DNA of 64,000 bases from Nostocales cyanobacterium (GTDB lineage: Bacteria > Cyanobacteriota > Cyanobacteriia > Cyanobacteriales > Nostocaceae): the NCBI GenBank assembly GCA_004293145.1, contig RDYJ01000007.1:16390-80389 (forward strand), written 5' to 3'. Shown piece after piece: positions 1 through 9,793 of this stretch (position 1 is the first letter of the stretch; each line of letters begins with the position of its first letter). The notes under the pieces are model-generated. The model made no database searches, was not told where the DNA came from, and saw nothing but the letters and a program-made list of their open reading frames with translations. Both the position numbers and the translations under genes were made by a program.

Positions 1-1
1 A

Positions 2-676
2 TACGGTGCGAAATTCTTACTTGATGCTTGCCAAAGTGTCCCCCATATGCCTATTGATGTCCAAGAACTTGACTGTGACTGGTTGGTAGCTTCTGGACAT
101 AAAATGTGCGCTCCCACTGGTATTGGCTTTTTATATGGTAAGCTCGAATTACTAGCAGCAATGCCGCCATTTTTCGGTGGTGGTGAGATGATTGCAGAGG
201 TATTTTTAGACCATTCCACCTATGCGGAATTACCCCATAAATTTGAAGCGGGTACTCCGGCTATTGGGGAAGCGATCGCACTTGGTGCAGCCATAGATTA
301 TCTTACTAATATCGGTATGGATAAAATCCATGCTTATGAAGCCGAATTAACTGCTTATTTATTCGCGCAATTAGCACAAATACCCCAAATTAGAATTTAT
401 GGACCAAAACCTAATGCTCAAGGGGAAGGTAGAGCCGCATTAGCCGCTTTTACAGCAGAAGGTGTCCACGCTAATGATTTAGCAACTTTGTTAGATCAAG
501 AAGGTGTGGCTATACGTTCTGGACATCATTGTACACAACCATTACACCGTTATTTAAGTTTAGCAGGAACTGCACGGGCAAGTTTATCTTTTTACAATAC
601 TCATGAAGAAATTGATGTTTTCATTAAGGCTTTGAAGGAGACGTTGGACTTTTTTGCTAGTGTGTTTGGTGAATAG
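2..676 (+). CDS. sufS: SufS-family cysteine desulfurase (3' part; gene begins before the window)
   Basis: Frame open from base 2 ([17 protein letters not shown]); SGHKM PLP-lysine motif and RSGHHC catalytic motif. Confidence 0.95.
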   Translation, partial: YGAKFLLDACQSVPHMPIDVQELDCDWLVASGHKMCAPTGIGFLYGKLELLAAMPPFFGGGEMIAEVFLDHSTYAELPHKFEAGTPAIGEAIALGAAIDYLTNIGMDKIHAYEAELTAYLFAQLAQIPQIRIYGPKPNAQGEGRAALAAFTAEGVHANDLATLLDQEGVAIRSGHHCTQPLHRYLSLAGTARASLSFYNTHEEIDVFIKALKETLDFFASVFGE

Positions 677-699
677 GTAAATAATATTTTGAATATTTT

Positions 700-725
700 G
701 GGTGGGTGATTCCCACCTTTTTTTA
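700..725 (+). terminator. Probable intrinsic terminator of sufS
   Basis: GGTGGG-tgatt-CCCACC hairpin followed by a T-run. Confidence 0.7.
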
Positions 726-989
726 TTTCTCACGCAGAGACGCAGAGAGAATTAATTACTCTCTGGAGGTTTTTAAAACTTATTGATCAAGTGGTAGAAA
801 TTGATTTGAGTGAATATTATATTAATAATATCGGTAAAATTTTAGGTATTTTATCTAGTATCGTGACAGAATAGATATTGTATATGTTTAAATTTTAGTA
901 TAATATTTTACATTTATATTTCAGAATAAAGGAGAGGAACAACGGACAGTATTGTTGATGACTTAGCTAAATATAGGGAAAATCCTACT

Positions 990-1472
990 TTGCGACAAAT
1001 AAAAATGGCTATTTTTAGGTTAGATGGTATCAAGAAAACTTTAGTTAGTTTAGAATCTGATGATGAAAGTTATATGATGATTGGTGGTGGTAACTCAGGA
1101 AAATACGTAGTCACTGCAACTTTAGACAACTATAATTTTTATTCTCTTTTACATCAACCACACTACGATCTATCCAAGCTATATAAATCTCACAAAACAA
1201 TTCTAACCTTATTTACAGCCTTTGAGATGATTAAGAAAAAGCAAAAAAATAATCCAGATTATCAAAAGGATAAAATCATTGTAGTTACATCTAAGTCACC
1301 ACAATATGAGCCAATAAAAAAATTGGTTGTTGGAGGTCAACTTGGTAATTATCATCCTCGGATGTGTGTTAATTTAAAAGAATCTTTGATAGCAGCAATT
1401 ACTTTTGCTGAATCTGGTGAACTTGAATCCTTGTTTAATTGGGAAAACGATGAATCTTTGGTTAATGTATAA
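990..1472 (+). CDS. Imm1-like immunity protein; start uncertain
   Basis: Motifs LDGxxKTLVSL, YMMIGGG, LVVGGQxGNY and AAITFAESGEL..W resemble cyanobacterial Imm1-family proteins; frame is open upstream to a TAA at 927 without an ATG. Confidence 0.55.
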   Translation: MRQIKMAIFRLDGIKKTLVSLESDDESYMMIGGGNSGKYVVTATLDNYNFYSLLHQPHYDLSKLYKSHKTILTLFTAFEMIKKKQKNNPDYQKDKIIVVTSKSPQYEPIKKLVVGGQLGNYHPRMCVNLKESLIAAITFAESGELESLFNWENDESLVNV

Positions 1473-1493
1473 AAAGAAAATCATTTTTTATTA

Positions 1494-2132
1494 ATGACTA
1501 TGCTACTCCAATCAACTCCCGCAGAACAAAGAACGGTTTTATATAACGTTAGCTGGGATACCTTTGAATCTTTGCTGAAAGATACAGGTGAGGATAGGGG
1601 TTCTCGCTTTGCTTATGACTGCGGTACTTTAGAAATCATGACTCCACTATTTGAACACGAAAACCCGAAAAGCAATTTTGGTAATTTTATCATCGCTTTA
1701 GCTGAAGAATTAGATATAGAAATCAGAAGTGCTGGTTCCACAACATTAAAACGTAAACTCTTTGCAAAGGGAATAGAGCCAGATAGTTGTTATTATATCA
1801 AAAATGAAGCGGCTATTAGAGGTAGAGAAACTTTAAATTTAGAAACTGATCCTCCTCCTGATTTAGCAATTGAAATTGATATTACTAGCAGTTCTGTGAA
1901 TAAGTTAAATATTTATGCGGCTTTAGGTGTGTCTGAACTTTGGAGATATGACGGTGAAGTTTTGAAATTTTATCAATTGCTGGAAAATAAATATATTGAA
2001 ATTAAGTTTAGTTTGGCTTTTCCTTTAATTTATGTTGATGATATGAATAGATTTATCCAGCAAAGTAAAACTATGGGTGAAATTGCTTTGTTGAAATCTT
2101 TCCGTGTTTGGGTTAAGGAGAAGATAGGGTAA
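1494..2132 (+). CDS. Uma2 (DUF820) family PD-(D/E)XK endonuclease
   Basis: EPDSCYY and PPPDLAIEIDITS..YAALGVSELWRYDG motifs. Confidence 0.92.
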   Translation: MTMLLQSTPAEQRTVLYNVSWDTFESLLKDTGEDRGSRFAYDCGTLEIMTPLFEHENPKSNFGNFIIALAEELDIEIRSAGSTTLKRKLFAKGIEPDSCYYIKNEAAIRGRETLNLETDPPPDLAIEIDITSSSVNKLNIYAALGVSELWRYDGEVLKFYQLLENKYIEIKFSLAFPLIYVDDMNRFIQQSKTMGEIALLKSFRVWVKEKIG

Positions 2133-2413
2133 TTGATTTTTTTATAATTACTGCACGAGAAGTTGACCATCTGCATCAACATTCACAACTGTTTCTATTG
2201 TTTTTATTACCTTTTGTTCTCATTTGTTCTCAATTATCAGGATAAATATTATTTTAGCTGTATCAATGACACTCTACCTCTTCTGGTAATCAAAAGGCAT
2301 AATATAAATTCTGCCGTCTGACACATGAATTACCGTAAAAAACTACTTATTGTCAATTAATAAAGGGAGACAAACCCTTAACTAAATCAATAACGTAAGT
2401 GAGGTCAATTTCC

Positions 2414-2650
2414 ATGTTTAATTTACTTGAAGAGCTATCCACAGAAGCACAAGAGTTTTTGGTTGGAGGACAAGCACAAGGACCACAAATGCCACAAATA
2501 CCAGGACAACAAGAACAAGGACAACCAGGTGGTCCTCCTAAACCCCCTCAGAAGTCAGGAGGAGCCACTGGGTATATTGTTCCTGACAACAACCCAGAGA
2601 ATTACTTCACCTGGAAACTCGACAAAGCACCACAAACGCAAGGTCAGTAA
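2414..2650 (+). CDS. Small Gln/Pro/Gly-rich peptide with double-glycine-type leader
   Basis: GAGGT SD at 2401-2405, ATG 2414; leader MFNLLEELSTEAQEFLVGG. Confidence 0.6.
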   Translation: MFNLLEELSTEAQEFLVGGQAQGPQMPQIPGQQEQGQPGGPPKPPQKSGGATGYIVPDNNPENYFTWKLDKAPQTQGQ

Positions 2651-3089
2651 ATGCACTCCTCACTAAGCTGAGGTAAACGGCATTTTTTATCAGAAAACAG
2701 GCTGAAAACACCGGAATGGACACCTAAAAATCCCAAAAGTTTTGAGGTGTCAATCGATTTTGGATTTACGTTAGCGAAGCGTACGCAGCGCAGCGAGTAT
2801 TTTTCCGTCCTGAAGGACGGGGCTTGTACCAAATTTTGTAATCTAAAATCTAAAATCTAAAATTCCCGGTCAATGTCTTTTAAACCGGGGGACGGCAGTT
2901 GCTACAAGTCGAGAAACTCTAGCTGAACACTGCCTCATGAAAGCCGTGTGGGGGATTTATCCCCCACAGATATCTGAGTCTACCTACATCACAAACTGAC
3001 AACCAACTGAAATACTGATCATATCTCCCCAACTAGCTTATAATTTCCAAGGGGCGAACGCTCTTCATAGGTAAGTCAAAGGGGGATAA

Positions 3090-4664
3090 ATGACACTTAA
3101 GCGGTTGCTGTTAATTGGGTTGACATTGTTAGCAATGATGTTGTCTGGCTTGTCTTTATTTGCAAGTTGGCAAAAACCACAGTTTCAAAGTCGTTTGGAA
3201 CTTTACCAAACCCATATTGTCCTGCAAGCCCAAGCATGGCAACCAGAAGATAGCAAAGACGAGAGTCTTCTGGCTATTCGGGAAGCGATAGTAGGTGTTA
3301 AACCCCTAGAAAGTGCTGCCAAGCAATATCAACAAGCCCGTGAGTCTGTCCAAACTAACTTGGACAAAGCCGAAAACAAACTTGCAAAACTTCGCGCTCA
3401 AGACATTACTGCTATCACACCTCCCAAACCCCTACCAAATGACCCTCTGGAAACCAAAACCTCTCCCCAAGAACAACAGAAACAGTTAGAGAAGTCCATC
3501 AGCAAACTGCAAAAACTGCGGGATGAATTAGACTTACGCTTGGGAATTTTACAGGCACAGCAAGGGGAAACAGAGAACGCCCTGAAAACTTGGAGTCAAG
3601 TACAAGAACCTTCAGAGACAGAATTTAGAGAAACTGCTAACGTATTAAGTGGACTATGGAGCAACCCCCCTCGTTTGCTCCCAAATGCTCAACCACTGAT
3701 GCAAAAAAATTTAGAAGGTTGGTTTCGCTCTACAGCTTTAATTCAGCTATACCAACTCCAACAACGTCAAGACGTTTTAAAAGATATTCAAGCTGCCCAA
3801 CAAACAGCCGCCATCGACGCAATATGGAAATTAGCCCTAATTGCCAGTATTCCTACCTTCACAGCCTTTATTGGTTTAATACTACTGATAGCTTTAATTA
3901 TTCAGCGTTTACTCAAGGGAAGAGAAGCTATTTTGGCTCAAAATGCTGAAAAGCCTTGGTCAACTCCTTGGAATGTAGAAACAATTCTACAGGTGTTTGT
4001 CCTGGGATTTTTCCTGATGGGACAATTATTTATACCGGAATTATTAACCCTCCTGCCTATTTCCCGCGCCTCAGATAATGTGCGAGTTCAGGCTTTTTCT
4101 GTCTTAGTAAGTTACTTGCTGGTGGCTTTGGGTGCGTTTTCAGTGTTGTATTTTTCCATCAAACGCTATTTTCCCCTACCAGAAGATTGGTTTCGCTTCC
4201 GTTTTCTCAGTAACTGGTTTTTATGGGGACTAGGTGGCTACTGCACAGCTTTACCCATAGTAGTAATAGTATCTTTGATTAATCAGCAATTATGGCAAGG
4301 ACAAGGTGGTAGTAACCCGCTTTTACAACTGGCGCTAGAAAGCAGAGATAATGTAGCCTTGGGCATATTTTTCTTTACTGCTGGTATAGCAGCGCCATTT
4401 TTTGAAGAATTTCTATTTAGGGGTTTTTTGTTGCCTTCCTTGACTCGTTATCTCCCCGTTTGGGGCGCAGTTTTAGTTAGTAGTTTGTTATTTGCTGCTG
4501 CTCACCTGAGTTTGTCGGAAGTGCTACCACTTACAGCTTTGGGTATGGTCTTAGGAATAGTGTACACGCGATCGCGCAATCTCCTCGCCCCTATGCTCCT
4601 CCACAGTCTTTGGAATAGCGGTACATTACTCAGTTTATTTCTGTTAGGTAGCAGCAATAATTAA
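3090..4664 (+). CDS. CPBP (CAAX/Abi) intramembrane metalloprotease
   Basis: EEFLFRG, FAAAH and HSLWN motifs; multiple TM segments. Confidence 0.92.
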   Translation: MTLKRLLLIGLTLLAMMLSGLSLFASWQKPQFQSRLELYQTHIVLQAQAWQPEDSKDESLLAIREAIVGVKPLESAAKQYQQARESVQTNLDKAENKLAKLRAQDITAITPPKPLPNDPLETKTSPQEQQKQLEKSISKLQKLRDELDLRLGILQAQQGETENALKTWSQVQEPSETEFRETANVLSGLWSNPPRLLPNAQPLMQKNLEGWFRSTALIQLYQLQQRQDVLKDIQAAQQTAAIDAIWKLALIASIPTFTAFIGLILLIALIIQRLLKGREAILAQNAEKPWSTPWNVETILQVFVLGFFLMGQLFIPELLTLLPISRASDNVRVQAFSVLVSYLLVALGAFSVLYFSIKRYFPLPEDWFRFRFLSNWFLWGLGGYCTALPIVVIVSLINQQLWQGQGGSNPLLQLALESRDNVALGIFFFTAGIAAPFFEEFLFRGFLLPSLTRYLPVWGAVLVSSLLFAAAHLSLSEVLPLTALGMVLGIVYTRSRNLLAPMLLHSLWNSGTLLSLFLLGSSNN

Positions 4665-5230
4665 AACCGACAATTACTGATGAAAAAATCAAAAATATTT
4701 GATTATATCGGCATAGAAAGGTCAGATTCTCAACTGTTAAGAAACTTCAGCTTAAAAACGTAAGACCCAAATTATCAACTTTTTTGCAAATTTGGGACTC
4801 TATCTCCTGAGAATTTGATGTTTAATTTAGTTAGTGATTTAAAGGTTCATTAAAAAATCGGGTTTAATACAGATTGTATCTGTGTTGATATGCAAATACA
4901 AACTCACACAATTAATCTATTCTCATCATTACAGCGAACTCAAAACAGTCCGGAAATAATCACTCTCCACCTGTAAACACTGGTATAGTGCGGCTTATGC
5001 TGCAAATTATGAGAGTTAATTATTATCAAGAGAAATGTTGAATCCATAAATCTGTAAACCTGCTGAGTTGAAATTTATCAGCTAATTTAGCAACACTCAT
5101 CCACAAGCAAGATATTTTCCTTTTTTGCTGGGCTATATTCTTATACCCATACTTCTGATTTATTTCTGTAATTATGGTGAATTTGCCTATTCATTCATAC
5201 TTCAATATACATCAAGGAGCTTAACTGAAA

Positions 5231-5506
5231 ATGGCTAATCTCAACCCATCCCACGCTACAAAACAACTTTTAGCTGGTTACTGTGGCATTATTGTGGGAG
5301 GACTTGGGCTACATAAGTTTGTTCTTGGTTACGCACCTGAAGGTTTTATTATGTTAGTAATTTCTGTAGTTGGTGGTTCTCTGACTTACGGATTTACATT
5401 AATACTTATGCAGCTTATAGGTTTAATTGAAGGCATGATTTACTTGAATAAAAACCATGAAGATTTTGTTAATACTTACTTTGTAAAAAAGCAGGGTTGG
5501 TTCTAA
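5231..5506 (+). CDS. TM2/NINE-domain small membrane protein
   Basis: AGGAG SD; GGLGLHKFVLGY and GLIEGMIYL..F motifs. Confidence 0.85.
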   Translation: MANLNPSHATKQLLAGYCGIIVGGLGLHKFVLGYAPEGFIMLVISVVGGSLTYGFTLILMQLIGLIEGMIYLNKNHEDFVNTYFVKKQGWF

Positions 5507-5519
5507 ACTGATTCTCAAA

Positions 5520-5738
5520 TTGATGCTTAACTACATTTACTATTCCCTATGCCCTGAAAATATGCCAATCCTTAAATCTAAACAGATCACTTTGGTAATA
5601 TTGTTGCTGATCAGTATGGCTTATTTCACCACTATGTCTAGTTTAGAAATTAACAATTTATATAAAAGTATAATTTTCATGCTGCCTATCCAAATGCTAT
5701 CTGTGATATATATGACCTATAGGCGCTGGATTCATTGA
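5520..5738 (+). CDS. Small hypothetical membrane protein
   Basis: Two hydrophobic segments; directly follows the TM2 gene; start uncertain. Confidence 0.45.
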   Translation: MMLNYIYYSLCPENMPILKSKQITLVILLLISMAYFTTMSSLEINNLYKSIIFMLPIQMLSVIYMTYRRWIH

Positions 5739-5883
5739 CGGTAGTTGACAAACTTAACTGAATATTTTAATTTTTGAATTAAATAATATCACAGTTGGTC
5801 ATAGTTCCAGATTTCGCCTACGCTCAAAGTAGTACCGCCTTTTGTCAGGCATTGAATTTTCGTAGCGAATCTAACAACTTGCC

Positions 5884-8310
5884 ATGCAACTTGCCCCTGA
5901 AACTCAGCTTGCCCCAGAATCTGCTCTCCCCAATAGAGATACAAACTCAGAGAAAATTATTTTAGATGTAGGGGGTATGAAGTGCGCTGGATGCGTGAAA
6001 GCAGTAGAAAGACAGCTAACCCAACATCCAGAAGTTAAAAACGTCTGCGTCAACCTAGCCACAGAAGTAGCAGTCATAGAAGCAGAAGTTGGTACTGTAG
6101 ATCCAGAAGAACTGGCAAAGGCATTAACAGCAACGGGATTTCCTACCCAAACCCGCACAGCCAATAGTCAAGCCGGAAAGAAATCTGATCCAGCAGTCAG
6201 ACAGCGCCAGGAAATGCAAGCTGCATTTAGACAATTGGTAATTGCGGCCTTGTTATTGGTGTTTTCAGGAATTGGACATTTTGGTGACAGTATTTTCCCC
6301 ATTTTGAATAAAATTGGGTTGAATAACATCTGGTTTCACTGTGGACTAGCAACAGTGGCGCTACTTTTTCCTGGCCGTCCTATCATCATTGATGGCTGGT
6401 TGAGTTGGCGACGGGGTGCGCCGAATATGAATACTTTGATTAGTTTGGGGACGATAACGGCTTATACCGCTAGTTTGGTGGCGTTGTTGTTTCCCCAGAT
6501 GGGTTGGGAATGCTTTTTTGATGAACCAGTGATGATGCTGGGCTTTATCCTGCTGGGAAGAACCTTAGAAAAACAAGCTAGAGGACGCGCTGCCTCAGCA
6601 TTTCGGCAATTATTAGCACTCCAGCCCCAAACAGCTAAATTGATTGCTAACCCAGACTCAGAGAAATTTATAGCCGGGGCGAATATTGTGGAGATACCGG
6701 CGGAACAGGTGCGGGTTGGTGAATGGTTACAGGTGCTACCGGGCGATAAAGTCCCCGTTGACGGTGAAGTGCGGTTTGGACAAACTACCGTGGATGAGTC
6801 GATGTTAACTGGGGAATCTGTGCCAGTGATGAAGCAACCGGGAGATTCGGTGACAGCGGGAACGATTAATCAATCCGGTGCGATCGCTATGCAAGCTACC
6901 CGTACTGGTGATGATACCACTTTGGCGCACATTGTCGCTTTGGTAGAAGCTGCCCAAACTCGCAAAGCACCAGTTCAGAAATTAGCCGATACAGTAGCTG
7001 GTTATTTTACTTATGCGGTGTTAACGGCTTCTTTGCTGACATTTCTGTTTTGGTACTTTTTGGGTACTCACATTTGGCCAGATGTGACTATATCCAGTGG
7101 CATGGAAATGATCAACCATGCGGCACATCACCCAGCTGCCAACATCCAAAATTCAGCACTTTTAATTAGTTTAAAATTAGCGATCGCTGTCATGGTTGTT
7201 GCCTGTCCCTGTGCTTTAGGACTAGCCACCCCTACAGCTATTCTTGTGGGTACGGGCATGGGTGCAGAAAGAGGTTTGTTAATTAAAGGTGGTGACGTTT
7301 TAGAAAAAGTCCACCAGCTAAACACAGTAGTTTTTGATAAAACCGGCACTCTGACTACAGGTAAGCCTACAGTTACAGACTGTTTGTTATTTACAGACTT
7401 AGAAACATCTTCTCCATCCCTGATCCAATTAGCAGCAGCCGTAGAAAGCGGTACTTACCACCCCCTAGCCAAAGCAATTCACCAAGAAGCCCAGCGGCTA
7501 AATTTATCAATTCCCCATGCTGTAGACTTTCATACTGAGCCGGGAATGGGTGTATCTGCCGTAGTAGAAGGAACTACTGTATTGTTGGGTAACTGGGAAT
7601 GGTTGAACTGGCATGGAATTACTATCAGTGAAACTGCTCAACAGCAAGCACAAAGATTAGCAACAGATGGCAAAACAGTTATTAGTGTTGCAGTTAGTGA
7701 CAATTTAGTCGGATTGATTGCCGTTAGTGATACCCTCAGACCAGATGCAAAAGTAACTGTAGACAAATTGCGTCAGATGGGTTTGCGTGTCATATTACTT
7801 AGCGGCGATAGGTTAGAAGCAGCAAGTGCGATCGCTCAACAACTCGGACTAGATAGCACCGATGTCATGGCAGGTATTCCTCCAGCCAAAAAAGCCAGTG
7901 CCATTCAATCCCTGCAAACTGGGAACATACCCCACCGCAAAGCCTTGGTCGCTATGGTAGGAGATGGCATCAATGACGCTCCCGCTTTATCTCAGGCAGA
8001 TGTCGGTATTGCTTTACAGTCTGGAACAGATGTAGCTATGGAAACAGCGGAAATTATCTTGATGCGTGATTCTCTAAGTGATGTAGTCGAATCAATTCAA
8101 CTGAGTCGTGCCACTTTCCAAAAAATCCGTCAAAATTTATTCTGGGCTTTTGCATATAATACAATTGGTATTCCCTTAGCAGCAGGTATGTTGCTACCTA
8201 ATCTTGGTTTCGTTCTTAGCCCATCCAGCGCCGCAGCCCTCATGGCTTTTAGCTCTGTTAGTGTTGTCACTAACTCAGTTTTATTACGACGCTTGGCCCA
8301 TCAACCGTAA
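5884..8310 (+). CDS. Heavy-metal (Cu) P1B-type ATPase, CtaA-like
   Basis: GMKCAGC HMA, TGES, CPCALG, DKTGTLT, HP and GDGINDAP motifs. Confidence 0.95.
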   Translation: MQLAPETQLAPESALPNRDTNSEKIILDVGGMKCAGCVKAVERQLTQHPEVKNVCVNLATEVAVIEAEVGTVDPEELAKALTATGFPTQTRTANSQAGKKSDPAVRQRQEMQAAFRQLVIAALLLVFSGIGHFGDSIFPILNKIGLNNIWFHCGLATVALLFPGRPIIIDGWLSWRRGAPNMNTLISLGTITAYTASLVALLFPQMGWECFFDEPVMMLGFILLGRTLEKQARGRAASAFRQLLALQPQTAKLIANPDSEKFIAGANIVEIPAEQVRVGEWLQVLPGDKVPVDGEVRFGQTTVDESMLTGESVPVMKQPGDSVTAGTINQSGAIAMQATRTGDDTTLAHIVALVEAAQTRKAPVQKLADTVAGYFTYAVLTASLLTFLFWYFLGTHIWPDVTISSGMEMINHAAHHPAANIQNSALLISLKLAIAVMVVACPCALGLATPTAILVGTGMGAERGLLIKGGDVLEKVHQLNTVVFDKTGTLTTGKPTVTDCLLFTDLETSSPSLIQLAAAVESGTYHPLAKAIHQEAQRLNLSIPHAVDFHTEPGMGVSAVVEGTTVLLGNWEWLNWHGITISETAQQQAQRLATDGKTVISVAVSDNLVGLIAVSDTLRPDAKVTVDKLRQMGLRVILLSGDRLEAASAIAQQLGLDSTDVMAGIPPAKKASAIQSLQTGNIPHRKALVAMVGDGINDAPALSQADVGIALQSGTDVAMETAEIILMRDSLSDVVESIQLSRATFQKIRQNLFWAFAYNTIGIPLAAGMLLPNLGFVLSPSSAAALMAFSSVSVVTNSVLLRRLAHQP

Positions 8311-8598
8311 AATTATGACTGGGAGGTAGTAGATTAGCACAAAAAAACTAAGTAAATTCCATCTTAAGTTAAACTACACTTAAGTAGTCAGCTTTTACTG
8401 AAAGCTAAATCTTCACTCCTCTCAGGTAAAATATAGTGAAAATGCCAGAAAATATACCCTTGTCTAATTCAATAATATGTAGTTTAAAAGACTATTAGAT
8501 TGAATATTAAATAAATAATTGCTCGGAACAATGGTGAAAAACCATCCTCAAAAACCCACTCTATTCAAAGTTCAACAAATTTTATTCATTATCTGTCA

Positions 8599-9030
8599 AT
8601 GGCAGCAGCACCTAGTGAAAACCATCTCTTGATTATTGAAGACGACCAGGGACGCAAGGAATTTCCTCTGGAAAATCCCGTCTATTCTATCGGCAGAGAC
8701 CGTAATTGCAATATCCGTCTGATGTCGCAGTTTGTCTCCCGTCACCATGCCACATTAGTCAGATTACCCCGCAAGAACAGTAATCATAGCTATTATTACC
8801 GGATTGTCGATGGTGATCCTAAAGGTAAGCCTAGTTCCAACGGCTTAATGATTAATGGACGTAAATTGCCAGCCCATGATCTAAAAAATGAAGACGAAAT
8901 TGTGTTTGGACCCCAGGTACGGGCTATTTATTATCTGCTGAAAAATTCTCACCCCGCAGGACAAACTGATTCCAGCGAATACGATATCACATTAATCAAC
9001 CCTGGAATGACAGAAGATGACGAAGAGTAA
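8599..9030 (+). CDS. FHA domain protein
   Basis: IGR, SRHHA and SSNGLMING FHA motifs. Confidence 0.9.
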   Translation: MAAAPSENHLLIIEDDQGRKEFPLENPVYSIGRDRNCNIRLMSQFVSRHHATLVRLPRKNSNHSYYYRIVDGDPKGKPSSNGLMINGRKLPAHDLKNEDEIVFGPQVRAIYYLLKNSHPAGQTDSSEYDITLINPGMTEDDEE

Positions 9031-9181
9031 GCTGATTTTTAGTGTTAAATTTTAGATTTTAGATTTTAGATTTGGGATGAAATTATTGAAAATTCCAAAT
9101 CTAAACATATTTTATCTAAATATTTAGTTTTCAGCCATAGCGAAGATAGAAGTTACGTAAGTGTCACAGTAAACATCTATT

Positions 9182-9247
9182 ATAGGGTTACGTCAGACTT
9201 GATATATTCTGTACGTAAACGGATTTTTGAGATTTGACGCACCCTAC
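9182..9247. repeat. GTAG-type REP-like inverted pair
   Basis: atagggttacgtcag ... tgacgcaccctac imperfect inverted repeat. Confidence 0.5.
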
Positions 9248-9793
9248 TCATCTGCTAGTTAGTTGGGTAAGTCCTGTACAAATTTCGCCTGACACTCTTA
9301 TTTCCCCACTTCTACAGGTGATATTCAAGAGGGTACATAAAACCCTCTAAGCCTTGTTGATCAGCCTTTATCAAGATTTTCTCCCCAAGCACCAGGTCGG
9401 GTGTGATACTAGTCACATTACTATTGCTAAAAAAAATATACTATGAATAAAAATAATTGTCATCAATGAAATCAGCTACATCATATTTTTCCTTGTCTAT
9501 ATTACTGACTCTCAAAGTCCATTAGCAAAGCTGTTTTTTGATTCACATCATCCCTAAAAATCTCTGTTGACAACAGGCTAACAAATGAAAAATACTATCT
9601 ACTCTCAACTATACTTAGGTGTATACTTAAGTATAACTATGTTGATCATCGCCGCCACCTAGCCGTATAATTAGCTAAATCCTGATTCTGCACTATTCCT
9701 TATTTATAAGGAAGCGTAAATGTATGGTATTGCTCATAATGAGAAATCAAGATTATTAACAGAAGTCGTCTTAACTTTTATTTTTGCCAATTT

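Noticed and set aside
2644-2832. 62-aa minus-strand ORF and alternate-frame ORF 2427..2666
   Set aside because: The first runs through repeat DNA; the second overlaps the better-supported double-glycine peptide frame.
9608-9636. tatacttaagtata palindrome upstream of the TPR gene
   Set aside because: AT-rich palindrome likely by chance; no second copy noticed.
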